A stretch of DNA of 64,000 nt from Chiloscyllium plagiosum (GCF_004010195.1 NC_057718.1:25800670-25864669), one strand, 5' to 3'. Positions 50,786-63,079 are shown, counted from the stretch's first letter. Notes: a model not told the origin generated them from the sequence alone. Translations and numbers: made by a program.

Positions 50786-52437
50786 GAAGCATTGACCACT
50801 GAAGTATTCTTTACAGACACATCGACCAGTTTAATACTTATTTCATGCATTTATCCATGTGCTATTACTTTCTGGGACAAACAAAGGAATGTTGAAGAAA
50901 GGAATCAGATGTTGTACAGGGTGGTTGACAATGTGGAGGAGAGACCACAATCAGATTAGCCATAATTTTCATTTTTTCATGCAGTTTTGTATGTTTGTAT
51001 AATAAAGCTTAGTTTTATTAAAATATTTTTAAATCAAAGAAACAACTCTTACACAACAGTTAAATTTTCCCTAAACTAGGCTGACTGCCTAAAAAGCACA
51101 CATACTCTGCTCTGGTGAACTTGATTGGGTTTCGGGATACAATTCACTGAGCTCCATAGACACTGGGTCTATTTCTTCATACAAAAGTGGGTCTTTGCAC
51201 TGAGTCTTTACCAGTTGAGGCTTCGCTGAGGGAATAGACACCAGGTGTTCTTCCTTATACCTCCCTTCTGAGCCCTTCTGGAATGTTCTCTGGCTTCAGC
51301 CAATGGGGTCACAGGGCAGGGATCATAGCACCCAGTGATGGTTAGGCCAGATCATCCTGGGTGTACCCATCCCCTTTTCAAGATACCATTATTTCATAGC
51401 CCCAAAGATTCTAGCTGGAATTGGGGAATACATAAACATGGTGTCTCTTGCCGTCATTCTGGCTGAGTACTTCTTAATCAGTTTCAGTCATAACAACTCA
51501 CTGACTATTAAGGTCAACCACCTCTGTTCAGTATGCGAGACAGTTCTCAGCTGTCTGCTTTTGACCTGTGGTAATCTTGGCCTTTCTGCATTCCATCAGG
51601 CCTTGCTTGCAGAAACTGTTTAGCCAATTTTGTGTTGGGCCCAGTAGCTCAGGCTGTTGGCCACTTGGCCACAGTAGAGAGACATGGGATAAGAGACAAG
51701 CTGAACAGGATAACATAGTGGTTGAAGTAGCAAAAACAGATATGTCCACTTGTCAAATTCCTTTATGAGGTGCAGAGGTGAATTGTGATGAAATAATTTG
51801 TTATTTCAGATAAAGATAGACAATTTTTTGGGGGGTGGATCATGAGCAATTGTAAGATTACAGCTAAAACCATTTAGTTGTCAAATCAGAAAACATATTT
51901 GATACCAAGGGAAATCAGCATCCTGGAATTCTTTCTCCAAAATTATGAGACTGCTGGAACAATTTAAAATCTCAAGAATGAAATTGTTACCTTTTTGCTC
52001 AGTAGATGTTTCAAAGGATCAGAAGCAAAAATCAGTAATAGATTTGAGGTACAAATCCATGACTTAATTAAATGGTGAACAAGCTTGAGGACTGAACAAT
52101 CCACTCTTATGTTTCTGTTCTTACTGAATATAAAAATAAATATAAAGGGCCAATATTTATTTCATTTGAAATGCATCCACTTGCACACAAGTGTATATAA
52201 ATTATGAATATAAATTTAAAAGATGTAGGATCCAAGACACATCACAGAAGATCAAAAGTATGGATGAATAGTTTAATGAAACCAAAAGCTCACACTGTGA
52301 TAGAGGTAAAGAAAGCCAATGGGTTTAATCATAAATCCCATAAGATCCATCCAATCCTGTGGTTCTATATACAAATTTGGCCCTCTATATGATGGTAATC
52401 AATTGAATCAGTGCAAAAAATGAAATCTTTGAATTCT

Positions 52438-52630
52438 GGGGTTAGTTCAGTAGGCTGCATGGCTGGTTTGTAATATAGAGTAATGGCTATAGCTGAGTTC
52501 AGTTCCTGCACTGGCTGACGTTTCCATGAAAGTCCCACTTATTCAAGTTCACTGTCTGCTTGAAGGATGGTGACCCTCAGGTTAACCCACCACCAGCCAT
52601 CTCTCTCTCTAGCGAGTGACTTTACCCTTA
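52438..52630 (+). repeat. Short SINE-like repeat (family D), second copy
   Basis: Homologous to 46963-47155. Confidence 0.65.
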
Positions 52631-55287
52631 CTTGTGCCTGCAGGTTAATGGGCAGACAGCACAAAATTGCCCAAGGAAACAGTCGAATCAGGTGTTGTGA
52701 AAAAAAGCTGAGAAATATGTGGTTAAAAACTTGAGGCAGTGATCAATAAAGAAAAATTTCGAGACTTACTAAGTGGAATAGAGAGCATTTTCTAACCTTG
52801 TCCTTCATTATGTAGACAGACAAGTGTATGGTGTGTTTTTTGGCAGGTGGACCGGAGATTCTCTAATAGCAATACCGGTGGGAAAACAAGCAAATACTTA
52901 AAATTAGAATTGATCCTGTAGAGTAAATGTAACAATATAATTCACATTTTTCACAGCTGACTATGCTGCACCATCAAGGCCAAAATTGATTCCACTGTGA
53001 TAACATCAGTGCAGGAGTGAATTCCTGGTAAGACAGTTTGAGCAAATGTTAATATGATTCAGGTCAAAATGTTCCTAGCCATTGCACCACAAGTTTTCAG
53101 GAGTTTATTTGAAATAGCTGCATTTTATTGAAAGACAGTACCAGCCCTTAGGATGATGGTGTTTTTTGGAACTTCTTTCACCTCATTTAATTTTGTGGTT
53201 CATATTCATGCTGAACCAAGGTGTAAATAATGTTGTTTGGGCTTCATCCATTAGTGGCAGCATTTGAACTCTGACCCCAGGGCTCGTCCACTCTGTTGGT
53301 TTTTCTTTTATTTCTTCTTTTCTCTTTTCATTTTTAGCTTTTTGGGTTTTTATTTTACTTACTTTCTGGAGAGAGTTCAGTCATTGAGGTGACAGCATCA
53401 TAGTCTGGGACAGCGGCTGTGGCCTAGAGCGGGACTTTGGTGCTCAACGATGAGGCATCTGGTGAGTTGGCCAGAACTCCAGCAGTCGGCAGCATCGGGG
53501 CATCATTGAGGTCTGGAGCGGTTGGTGACAAGGCGACTGATGAGCCCAGACAGGACTGTGGGCGGTCAGTGGTGAGACAGCAGCACTGAGGAGAGCGTGC
53601 GCAGCGCATGGGAGAGATCGATCCCTCGTGAGTAAAGCCCAATGTGGAGCGGCCGCAGGCCCATGGCTGAAGAAGGACTGTAATGCTGAACTGTTGACAT
53701 TATTTCTTCATTCTTTACTTTATCCTTAGAAGAACTGTAATGTTGAACTTTTAACTTTATTCATTATTTTTCTACCTAGGTTATACATACCTTTGTATGT
53801 AAGATGGCGCCGGAAGTGGCGACTTTGTACACTGTTCAGTGTGCTCTTGTATCCCCGTACTTGAGTGCACATGACAATAGAATCTAAGTCTAATTCTAGT
53901 ATCCTCAGATCTCATCTTGTTGCTATTGATAAAAGTGCTGGCTTTTAATCAGTCACTTGGGGTTGGTTATTTCTGCACTGTTCACACAAAGTGATTTATT
54001 CATTAATTAAAGAGCAATAATAAAGCACTGCCTCTCTGTCTCAATGGTGTATTTAAAATGATATGTAAAGAAAAGGATCATTAAAATAACAATCCTTTTG
54101 GCAATGCTAGACAAGCCCTTATATATTTTAATGCACATCTAATTAGGAAGATTGACACAACATTTCCTGCCTATAAGAATTTCGCAAAATTACTGGTTTG
54201 GATGAGAATTTAAGGTTCCTTGAAAGGTATCCATTGTGATACGCAAGGGTTCAGAAATTTTGAAGCATTATCTGAATGGGATGAGATGATCTTTTCCTTT
54301 CTATTAATATTGTTTGACTTAGTATTGCTGGTGAGAAGTCTCATAATCCCTCAATACATTTGGTACACTTTGGTCGTACATTGAATTTTCAGCTAGTCAC
54401 CAGGTCCCCAATCATTGATGTACACGTCAGATAGCCAAGGCACCCTGCTAAGATCACAAGATCTGAACATTATTCCTTCGTGTCAGTCTACAGCATTATT
54501 TTCTACTTTACATAATCACTGTGTGCAGTTTTTGACCTCAGATGGCCCTTTCATTCAGTAATATTCAATATTTCCCCCAGGAACTGTTCAAGGCTAAAAT
54601 CTGCAATGCTAATATTGCCTTTGCACTCACTTTGTTTTTAGAAAGTGATTTGTTTTGCTTATCTGGACAATCTTTACTGTGGAAAATAGGACCTTCCGTA
54701 CTTCAGGAATGCAAAGCCAGCATCGAACACTCCTGAGTCAGGAACAGCACAGATGGCGACAGAGTAGAACTTCTTGCACCTCAGCCAAAGAAGTGCCTTA
54801 TCTGTAATCTCAAATGCCCTGACTACATCAGAGTGAGGTTTTTGGATTCACCATCCCAGTGACATCAGGGTAGATTCATAGAATCCCTACAGTGTGGAAG
54901 CAGGCCCTTTGGCCCAACAAGATCACACCAACCCAACGGAGAGCATCCACCCATCAAGAACTCAAGCAAAAACAAAATATATCACTATTTGATGAAAGGA
55001 CAATGTGCTAACCAACAATGTCACCCAGTGCTCATCTGTAATACGTTTCCCTCCATTGTTACACCTACCTAGTGAAGACCATTACATATGACCTTTCAAT
55101 GTCTCATTAAGATGATTTTACATCCAACTGTTAAGAAATGCCAAGGTACTTTTGAAAGAAGATGTTTGTTTTAGCACTGCATTTGGTTAATGTTTGTGTT
55201 TTAATTTGTTTACTTACATCCTGCTCCAAACTTCTTTGCCCAGTTCGTGCAACGAGCTTAATCAACTGATAATAGTGTTCGAGCACT

Positions 55288-56780
55288 AGTCATAAAGTCA
55301 TAGAGTCATACAGCACAGAAGCAGATCCTTCATTCCAACTCATCTGCACGAACCAGACATCACAATCTGGCCTATTCCCATTTGCCAGCACTTGTCCCAT
55401 ATCCCTCTAAACCTGTCCTATTCATATACCCATCCAGGTGTCTTTTAAACTGTACCAGCCTCCATCACTTCCTCTGGCAGCTCATTCCATACACACAACA
55501 CCCTCTGAGTGAAAGAGATACCCTCAGATCCTTTTTAATTCTTTCCCCTCTCACCTTAAACCTATGCCCTCTAGTTTTGGGCTCCACCACCCTAAGAAAA
55601 AGACCTTGGCTATTCACCCTTCCATGTCCCTCATGATTTTATAAACCTCTATAAGGTCATCCCTCAGCTCCAGGGAGAAAAGCCCCAGCCTATTCAGTAC
55701 CTCCCTATAACTCAAACCCTTCAGTCCCAGCAATATCCTTGTAAATCTTTTTTGCACCCTCTCAAATTTAACAACATCCTTCTTATACAAGGCCAACTAG
55801 AATTATATGTAGAATTCGAAAAATGGCCTCACCAATATCCTGTACAGCTGCAACATTACATCCTACTCCTGTATTCAATGTTCTGACCAATGAAGGCAAG
55901 TATGCCAAATGCCTTCTTCACCACACTGTCTACCTATGACTCCACTTTCAAGGAATAATGAACCTGTCTCCCTAGTTCTCTTTGTTTGATCATTCTCTCC
56001 AGGGCCCTACCATTAACCCCTGCCCTCATTTGCCTTTCCAAATGCAATCCTTTGCATTTATCTAAATTAAACTCCATCTGCCACTCTCGCCCATTGGCCC
56101 ATCTGATTGAGGTCCTGTTTAGTCTGAAATAATCTTCTTCACAATCCACTTCACCACCTATTTTGGTGTCTTCTGTAAACTTACTAATCACACCTTCCAC
56201 ATTCATATCCAAATCATTTATGTAAATAACAAAAAACGGTGGACCCAGTACAGATCCTTGTGGCACAGGCTGGTCACAGGCCTCCAGTCGGAAAAACAAT
56301 CCTCTATAACCACCCTCCATCTCCTACCTTGAAGCCAATTTTGTATCCAATTGGCTAGCTCCCCCTGGATTCCATGAGATTTAACCTTAATACCAGGCAG
56401 AACCTTGTGGAACGCCTTGCTGAAGTCCATATAGACAACATCTACCACTCTGCCTTCATCATTCTCTGTTGTCACCTCTTCAAAAGATTCAGTTTAGTGA
56501 GATGCTATTGCCCATGGAGAAAGCCATGTTGACTATCCCTAATCAGTCCTTGTCTTTCAAATGCATTTAAATCCTATCTCTCCAGCAACTTAGACACAAC
56601 TGACGGAAGGCTCACCGGTCTAGAGTTCCCTGGTTTTTCCTGACAATCTTTTTAAAATAATGGCACCACACTAGCCAATCCCCAGTCATCCGGCACCTCA
56701 ATGATTACAAATATCTCATCAAGAGGACTAGCAATCTCTTCCTGAGCTTCCAACAAAGGTCTGGGAAGCACCTATCAAGG
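55288..56780 (-). mobile_element. CR1 LINE, 5'-truncated (RT to tail)
   Basis: [48 protein letters not shown]; tail tatgactctatgactttatgact. Confidence 0.92.
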
Positions 56781-57723
56781 TCTTATCTACCTTTATGCAT
56801 TTATGTTACCTTATGTTCATTTATCCCTGTTTAATTTAATAACTTTAACATCAGTGAGGGTTTTTTTACTGCATGTATCTCTCTGGTGTACGGGTTTTTC
56901 AATCTAAGCAGGAGCTCCTAACCACATTACTGCTTGGAGAACCACAAAATCCTTGGTCTATAGATGCTCTCATTTGCCCAAAGCCTGGCTGATTAATTTG
57001 TCTGTAAGATTCAGTGATATTTTAGAAAATCATGCAATCTAATCCTTCAATGGTTTCCAAAGGACTCTGCTCCTCTTAAAACCATCACCATGGCATTGTG
57101 TATTGCATGAACTTTGTGTATTACATGAAAAGAAATCGATCAGCTAATTTTTAGATCCCAACTCTATGCTACCTTGCAAATAAATGGGCAGCTTAAAGTA
57201 TAACCATGTAGAAAACCTGGCATTTTTAATACTTTTCTTGAACTTTGGAGATCATAAATCTATCTGTGATAACACAAAGGTGAATAGAGAAGTGAGTTAT
57301 GAAAAGGGCATAGGGATGTAGATAGATTAAGTGAGTGGACAAAGTTCTGACAAATGGAATACAATGTGGGAACGTGTGAAATTGTCCATTTTGGCAGAAA
57401 TAATAAAAAAAGAAGCATACTATTTCATTGGTGAGAGGTTGCAGAGCTCTGAGCTGCAGACATCTGGGTGTCCCTGTGAAGGTGAGTTGGCAGGTATATC
57501 ATCTCATCAGGAAAGCTAACAGAATATTATGTTTTATTGCGAAGGATATTGAACACAAAAGTTGGGAGATTATGCTTCAGAGGGCTATAGACGGCGTTGG
57601 TGAGATCACATCTGGAGTACTGCGAATACAGCTAGTCACCAAAGTTACAGAAGGATGAAAAATGATGGGGAGCAGTTCATAATTTGACTTATACCTGAAA
57701 TGAGCAGATTGAATTATGAGAAG

Positions 57724-57906
57724 TGTCAAGAGTGTGGTTCTGGAAAAGCACAGCAGTTCAGGCAGCATCCGAGGAGCAGGAGAATCGACGTTTTGAGCAA
57801 AAGACCTTCATTAGGCTCATCGGATGCTGCCTGACTTGCTGTGTTTTTCCAGAACCACACTCTTGGCTCTCATCTCTAGCATCTGCAGTCTTCACTTTCT
57901 ACTGCC
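57724..57906. mobile_element. Fold-back PLE mini-insertion (family 1)
   Basis: Inverted arms of about 45 bp (caagagtgtggttctggaaaa..gcagcatccga) and a 10-bp TSD ttatgagaag (57714-57723 / 57907-57916). Confidence 0.85.
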
Positions 57907-57924
57907 TTATGAGAAGAGGCTAGA

Positions 57925-58051
57925 CTGGATGTAGGTTTGCTCGCTGAGCTGAAAGGTTCATTTTCAGACATTTCGTCACCACATTAGGTAACATCACTAG
58001 TGAGTCTCCGGTGAAGCACTGGTGTTGTGTCCCGCTTTCTATTTATGGAAT
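57925..58051 (-). mobile_element. PLE-type terminal fragment (family 3) with a mutated hammerhead
   Basis: The minus strand reads CUAGUGA-U-GUUACC-UAAUGU-GGUGAC-GAAA-UGUC. TSD-like aggct(a/g)gactg. Confidence 0.6.
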
Positions 58052-59689
58052 AGGCTGGACTGACTAGGCCTTTACCCTCTATAGTTTAGAAAAGTCAGAG
58101 ATTGAAGACCCTGAGGGGACCTGACCAGATGAGTGTTGAAAGGTTGTTTCCTTTTGTGGAAGAATCTAGAACTAGGGGTCATAGATTAAACACAAGGTTA
58201 AAGCATAGATGAGGAATTTTTTTTTCTCTCCAGTGGTCTGAGAGTCTTTGGAATTCCCTTCCTCAAATGCAGTGGGCATAGAATCTTTTAAAACTTTTAA
58301 GGCATAGGTAGATAGATTCTTGATTACCAAGGGAATGAAAGATTATCAGGAATATGAAGAGTTGAGGTTAAAATCAGATCAACCATGATGTTATTAAATG
58401 GCAGAGCAGGCTTAAATGGTATCTACTGTGAGCAAAGAAGCTTCTGCCATTGCTTTACCAGTATAACAAACGGCATATCTCCCCACCATTCCCCATCACC
58501 CCACCCCCACTCTCACCTCCATTTTAAAACTGTAAGCAGCAAATCCCTTGGATTTCTATCAGCAGAATCCAGAAACATGCTTCCTTAAGTTCTCCTTTTT
58601 ATCCTAAATTAAAATACAATTTCAAATCATAGCTAGCTTACAAAAGCCCAGCATTTATAACAAAGTATAGTTTGGTTGACCATGCTGGAGGCTGTAGAGT
58701 AGTTGAGGAGCACAGAAAATGTAATATTGCAAGGTCGTGGTCAGAGGGGATGACATCTCTGCCTGCATATTTCTGGGTGCCAAACCTGGCTTAATTTACA
58801 TGCGATCATTCCCACAAGGAGTTTCTGTAGCTGAGTCACAATACAGCAGAAAGTTGGATGTTGTTATGTAACAGTATGTCTTCTCTCCTATATCATTGCT
58901 TGCTGACTTTCAAAAGTGAGTTTTCAAGAGCATTACATCAGAAGGAAGCAGAGTTGTAATTGTATTTATTAGAAACATTTGTATTCATACAGCACTTTTA
59001 GGACTTCAGAATCTCCCAAAACATTTTACAGCCAATAATCAACTTTTTCTTTGAAGGAGGGATGAATGTTGTCCTTTTTCTACACAAATGTCAGTTTCAT
59101 TGGTACGCCATTCATGGACAAACTGAACAATCATCGGATATCTGCTGAAAGACCAGCATCTATGGCATCTATGCCATCTTTAAAAACCCACTGTGCAAGC
59201 GTTGGCCCTCACCAGCAACATAATGACAAAGCAGTTATAGAGTCATGCAGTTCATGGTACATAACCAGCATAGTGGACAATTCCTCACACACACAACCCC
59301 ATTCTTTCACCTTAGCTGCTGTTTAAGCACCAGGCCATATGTGCACCCATCTTTAGATGCATCCCATCTAAACACCCTCTCTAAATCACTGCTACTCAGT
59401 CACCAATGTTACTGGAGATCCACATCTTGTCATTGTCTGGTAGAGAAACGAAGTGTAGAATCAAGCAATCAGATGATTCCAAATGGTTTCATTTACAGCC
59501 AGCAAAAGTGAACACAAACAAAATAAATTGAGGCTGTGGATCTTTCCCATAACGCAAATCAAATGCTGGCATGTTGACCAATGACTATGATACATACCAT
59601 GATGGTCTGCTGCACTTTGTTCCCATCTACTGCAAATGGATGTTAATCAGCTCCTGTCTGGCTTATAGCACCTGATACAGCTGAGCTCT

Positions 59690-60760
59690 GTCATGGACAA
59701 CAACAATTTCCTCCTCTCTAATGTCCTCATTCTCCTCCTTGGAAGACTGCTCCCATTTTCCCAGTTCCTTAGCACCAGCACATTGCCTTGTTGTCTGCAC
59801 ATTTGTACAAAGCTCAGTAAGTCAGAATAGTGCAGCACACTCTGTCTGGATTAGATTGGAGACAACCCCCTGAGATGATCTGAGCAGCAAAACTGTATCT
59901 TCAGCAGTCTTATCATTGCTCCACCATTGTGGCATAGGTGGCATTGTCTCCGTGCTCTGCATCAATGCAGTGTTATGCAATGGTATTGTCAGCTAAGGGT
60001 GCAGTGGATAGCTCTTATCCTCAAGTAACCAAACTTGTATGGCATCCAGACCCTGAGACACACCAGGTTTACAAAAGTACTCCAGGATATGTGTTATGAT
60101 GGCTGCCAGGATAGTTGGCACACACACCCCAGAAGGTGGTAATGGTGATCACAGATCATTGATGAATGGAAGACTTTCTGTCGCTGAGTTAACCAGTGTT
60201 ATGATGCATCACTCTCAGTGCCACATGTGGTATAGTTGAGAGCCCCTGCACCTGGAGTGGGGGAGGGGGGGGCAAGAGGTGCCAACTTTGTCCCAAATCC
60301 TACTCCCAGGCTGCAACACTGACAGCATCATGAGGAAAGTGTATCCATGTGATCACACGTAGTTAGCATCAGACACTGGCCTGATTCGATTGTTGATTCA
60401 AAGCTGGTAGATCCCACATGGGTCACCCTTACGTATTGTCGGCAGATAGTTGCTTAGAAGTTTAAAATGGCTGTCACCTTCACAGTCATTAGGAGAGGAT
60501 TGCCTCCTGCTCCGACAGCCCTCAGGTCCTACTCCTCAACATTTGGCATAGTTCCATAACAATATCCTGGGCTATATAGAGCCTGCATTGACACGGTGCC
60601 TCGCTCATCCTCAGGAAATGTCAGTGACAATACACCTTCTCTTTAACCTCCCCTATCCTGGGAAGACCTGCAGCTTCAACCCCTCCCTGAGCTGTGTGCT
60701 CCTTGTCCTCTACGCCATCCTGTTGCTGCTGCTCCTGAGCTTGCCTTTGGCCATGGTCCT
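59690..60760 (-). pseudogene. PIF/Harbinger DDE transposase (HARBI1-like) pseudogene
   Basis: Manual minus-strand translation gives collinear motifs FLRMSEAPCQCRL..ELCQM, VKVTAILNF..GDPCGIYQ, QVQG..HVALR, VCANYPGSHHN, WLLEDKSYPLHP.LTIPL, IRLLKIQFCC..SGGCLQSNPDRVC, with many stops and frameshifts. Confidence 0.85.
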
Positions 60761-61793
60761 CCTGTAGCCACCTTCACCATCTTAGATGGCAGCCACAGTG
60801 ACTAACATCCCACCGGCAGCTGGACACTTGACTCTTGCTGGTACTGACCTATATTGGGAACATAAGGAGTAAAGCAGGGTCTTATCTCAATGGACAGTCA
60901 GGGTGATACATCCTGCTGATGAGAGCTCTGTACAGTGCAACTTGCAGCACTCTGGTAATGAGGACCATGTCTCCGGATTTCATGCCATCTCAGCATCAGA
61001 TTTGTGCACCAACTTGCTGCACCAGCTGAGGGACCAACACAGAAAGGAAGTGCCTGGTGTGATCCAACTCCTCTTTCAGCCCAGACCCACATCAACTACG
61101 AAACGTAGCATTGCATTCAGCGGAGTCCATTGTTCAAGGTTGGTGTAAAGATTTGTAGCTCGGCGAACATACCCACAACCATGAGAGTCCATTGTAATAC
61201 TTACATGACCAGTTGATGTCTCAGCTCCTAACACCCAGTGCTCCCCTGCAGGTGGCAAAAGTTATGAGTCATTTTAGCACGAATTTGCTTCTTTTTTTAA
61301 AGTCATTGACGCTAACTTCACTATCATTGAGATTCCAATGTTCAATTTGTAAGGACCAATGGCATGTTGCAAATTGGCTTTGCACCCTCCTCAGTGATCC
61401 TCATACAGTGCCCTGAACTGAAATTGTTGTATTTGTCCCAGACCTCTGACTGATTTTGACTCCGGATGTGAGTGACCAGACCCCTGATTACTGACTTTGC
61501 AGCTCCCTGACTGACAGTTCGCCATTCCCCTGACGGTATGTGATAGCCCAATTCTCAGACTGTATTCGGACATTGTCCTGATCGTGACAGATCAGAAAGG
61601 TGATTGACTAAGGTCAAGCCCTTGAACTGTGTGTGTACTATACCGTGACTGATGGTACTGAAACCCCAGACCAACAGCATCCCTCTTTGATGAGTCTGAA
61701 AACTAATGCCACCCACACTGTGACGTTGCCATTTGATTGAATAAAAATGCAATGTATTTGCTATATAAGCAGCTGGCACAGGCTGTAGATCTA

Positions 61794-63079
61794 CCTTTTC
61801 CACCTTTTCCTCCGCTACATCGATGACTGTATCGGTGCCGCCTCGTGCTCCCATGAGGAGGTTGAACAGTTCAACACTGGCCCCACCCCCCACCTTTTCC
61901 CCCGCTACATCGATGACTGTATCGGCGCCGCCTCGTGCTCCCACGAGGAGGTTGAACAGTTCATCCACTTCACCAACACCTTCCACCCCAACCTCAAATT
62001 CACCTGCACAGTCTCAGATTCCTCCCTCCCCTTCCTCGACCTTTCTATTTCTATCTCAGGCGACCGAATCAACACGGACATCTACTACAAACCGACCGAC
62101 TCCCACAGCTACCTGGACTACACCTCCTCCCACCCAGCCCCCTGTAAAAACGCCATCCCATTCTCCCAATTCCTTCGACTCCGCCGCATCTACTCCCAGG
62201 AGGACCAGTTCCAAAAAATCACATCCCAGATGGCCTCCTTCTTCAAGGACCACAATTTCCCCCCTGACGTGGTCGACGATGCGGAATTATCCAGGGTTTC
62301 CAAACTAATTTAGTTGTAAAACCCTTGGGACTGTCATGAATGCAGGTTTTACAGACACAATGTCTCCTCTTGCTGTCTCTGTAGTACACTACCACTATTG
62401 TGATTCGATTAAACAGACCTGGGAAATCATCTGAATTATCATTTGTTTTAAGGCACCCACCACCCTCTGCCAAAAAGACTCTTTTCCCTCACATCCCCTC
62501 TAAAACCTCTGCCGTTCACCTTGAGTCAACGATCCCAGGTTTTCGAACTCTCTGGTTGGGTAGCCACCCTGTGGCTCCACATTTCAATTCCCCCTCCCAC
62601 TCCACCAAGGATATGCAGGTCTTTGGATTCCTCCATCGCCAGACCACAACAACATGATGGTTGGAGGAAGAGCGCCTCATCTTCCGCCTAGGACCCCTCC
62701 AACCACAAGGGATGAACTCGGATTTCACCAGTTTCCTCATTTCCCCTCCCCCCACCTTGTCTCAGTCTAATCCATCGAATTCAGCACCGCCTTCCTAACC
62801 TGCACTCTTCTTCCTGACCTCTCCGCCCCCACTCCAGTCTGACCTATCACCCTCACCTTGACCTCTTTCCACCTATCGCATTTCCGACGCCCCTCCCCCA
62901 AGTCCCTCCTCCCTACCTTTTATCTTATCCTGCTGGAAACACTTTCCTCATTCCTGAAGAAGGGCTTATGCCCGAAACGTCGATTCTCCTGTTCCCTGGA
63001 TGCTGCCTGACCTGCTGCGCTTTTCCAGCAACACATTTTCAATTCTGATCTCCAGCATCTGCAGACTTCACTTTCTCCT
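61794..63079 (+). mobile_element. Penelope-like element (family 1): RT fragment, unexplained middle segment, GIY-YIG C-terminus and pLTR
   Basis: Frame +1 at 61801-62310 reads RYIDDCIG..FHPNLKFT..LPFLDL..TDIYYKPTDSHSYLDYTSSHP..KNAIPFSQFLRLRRI (PLE RT). At 62565-62735 it reads HPVAPHFNSPSHS..EERLIFRLGPLQPQGMN. Possible TSD tgtagatcta / tgtaatcta. Confidence 0.92.
62954..62981 (+). ncRNA. Minimal hammerhead ribozyme motif (PLE family 1)
   Basis: CUGAAGA-A-GGGC-UUAU-GCCC-GAAA-C-GUC with an intact core and palindromic ACGU stem III. Predicted cleavage after 62981. Confidence 0.75.

Larger units (their letters stand above)
57260..58425 (+). mobile_element. Decayed CR1 3' region carrying two PLE insertions
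   Basis: IRKANRILCFIAKDIEHKSWEIML and the later agaatctagaactaggggtcatag CR1 motifs. Confidence 0.75.

Noticed and set aside
50996..51396. Possible solo LTR (minus-strand CCAAT, TATA and AATAAA in order)
   Set aside because: No TSD or second copy found, so the boundaries are unsupported.
61823..62308. 161-aa Pro/Ser/Thr-rich ORF and its antisense partner
   Set aside because: Alternative frames of the C-rich Penelope RT; the meaningful frame is +1.
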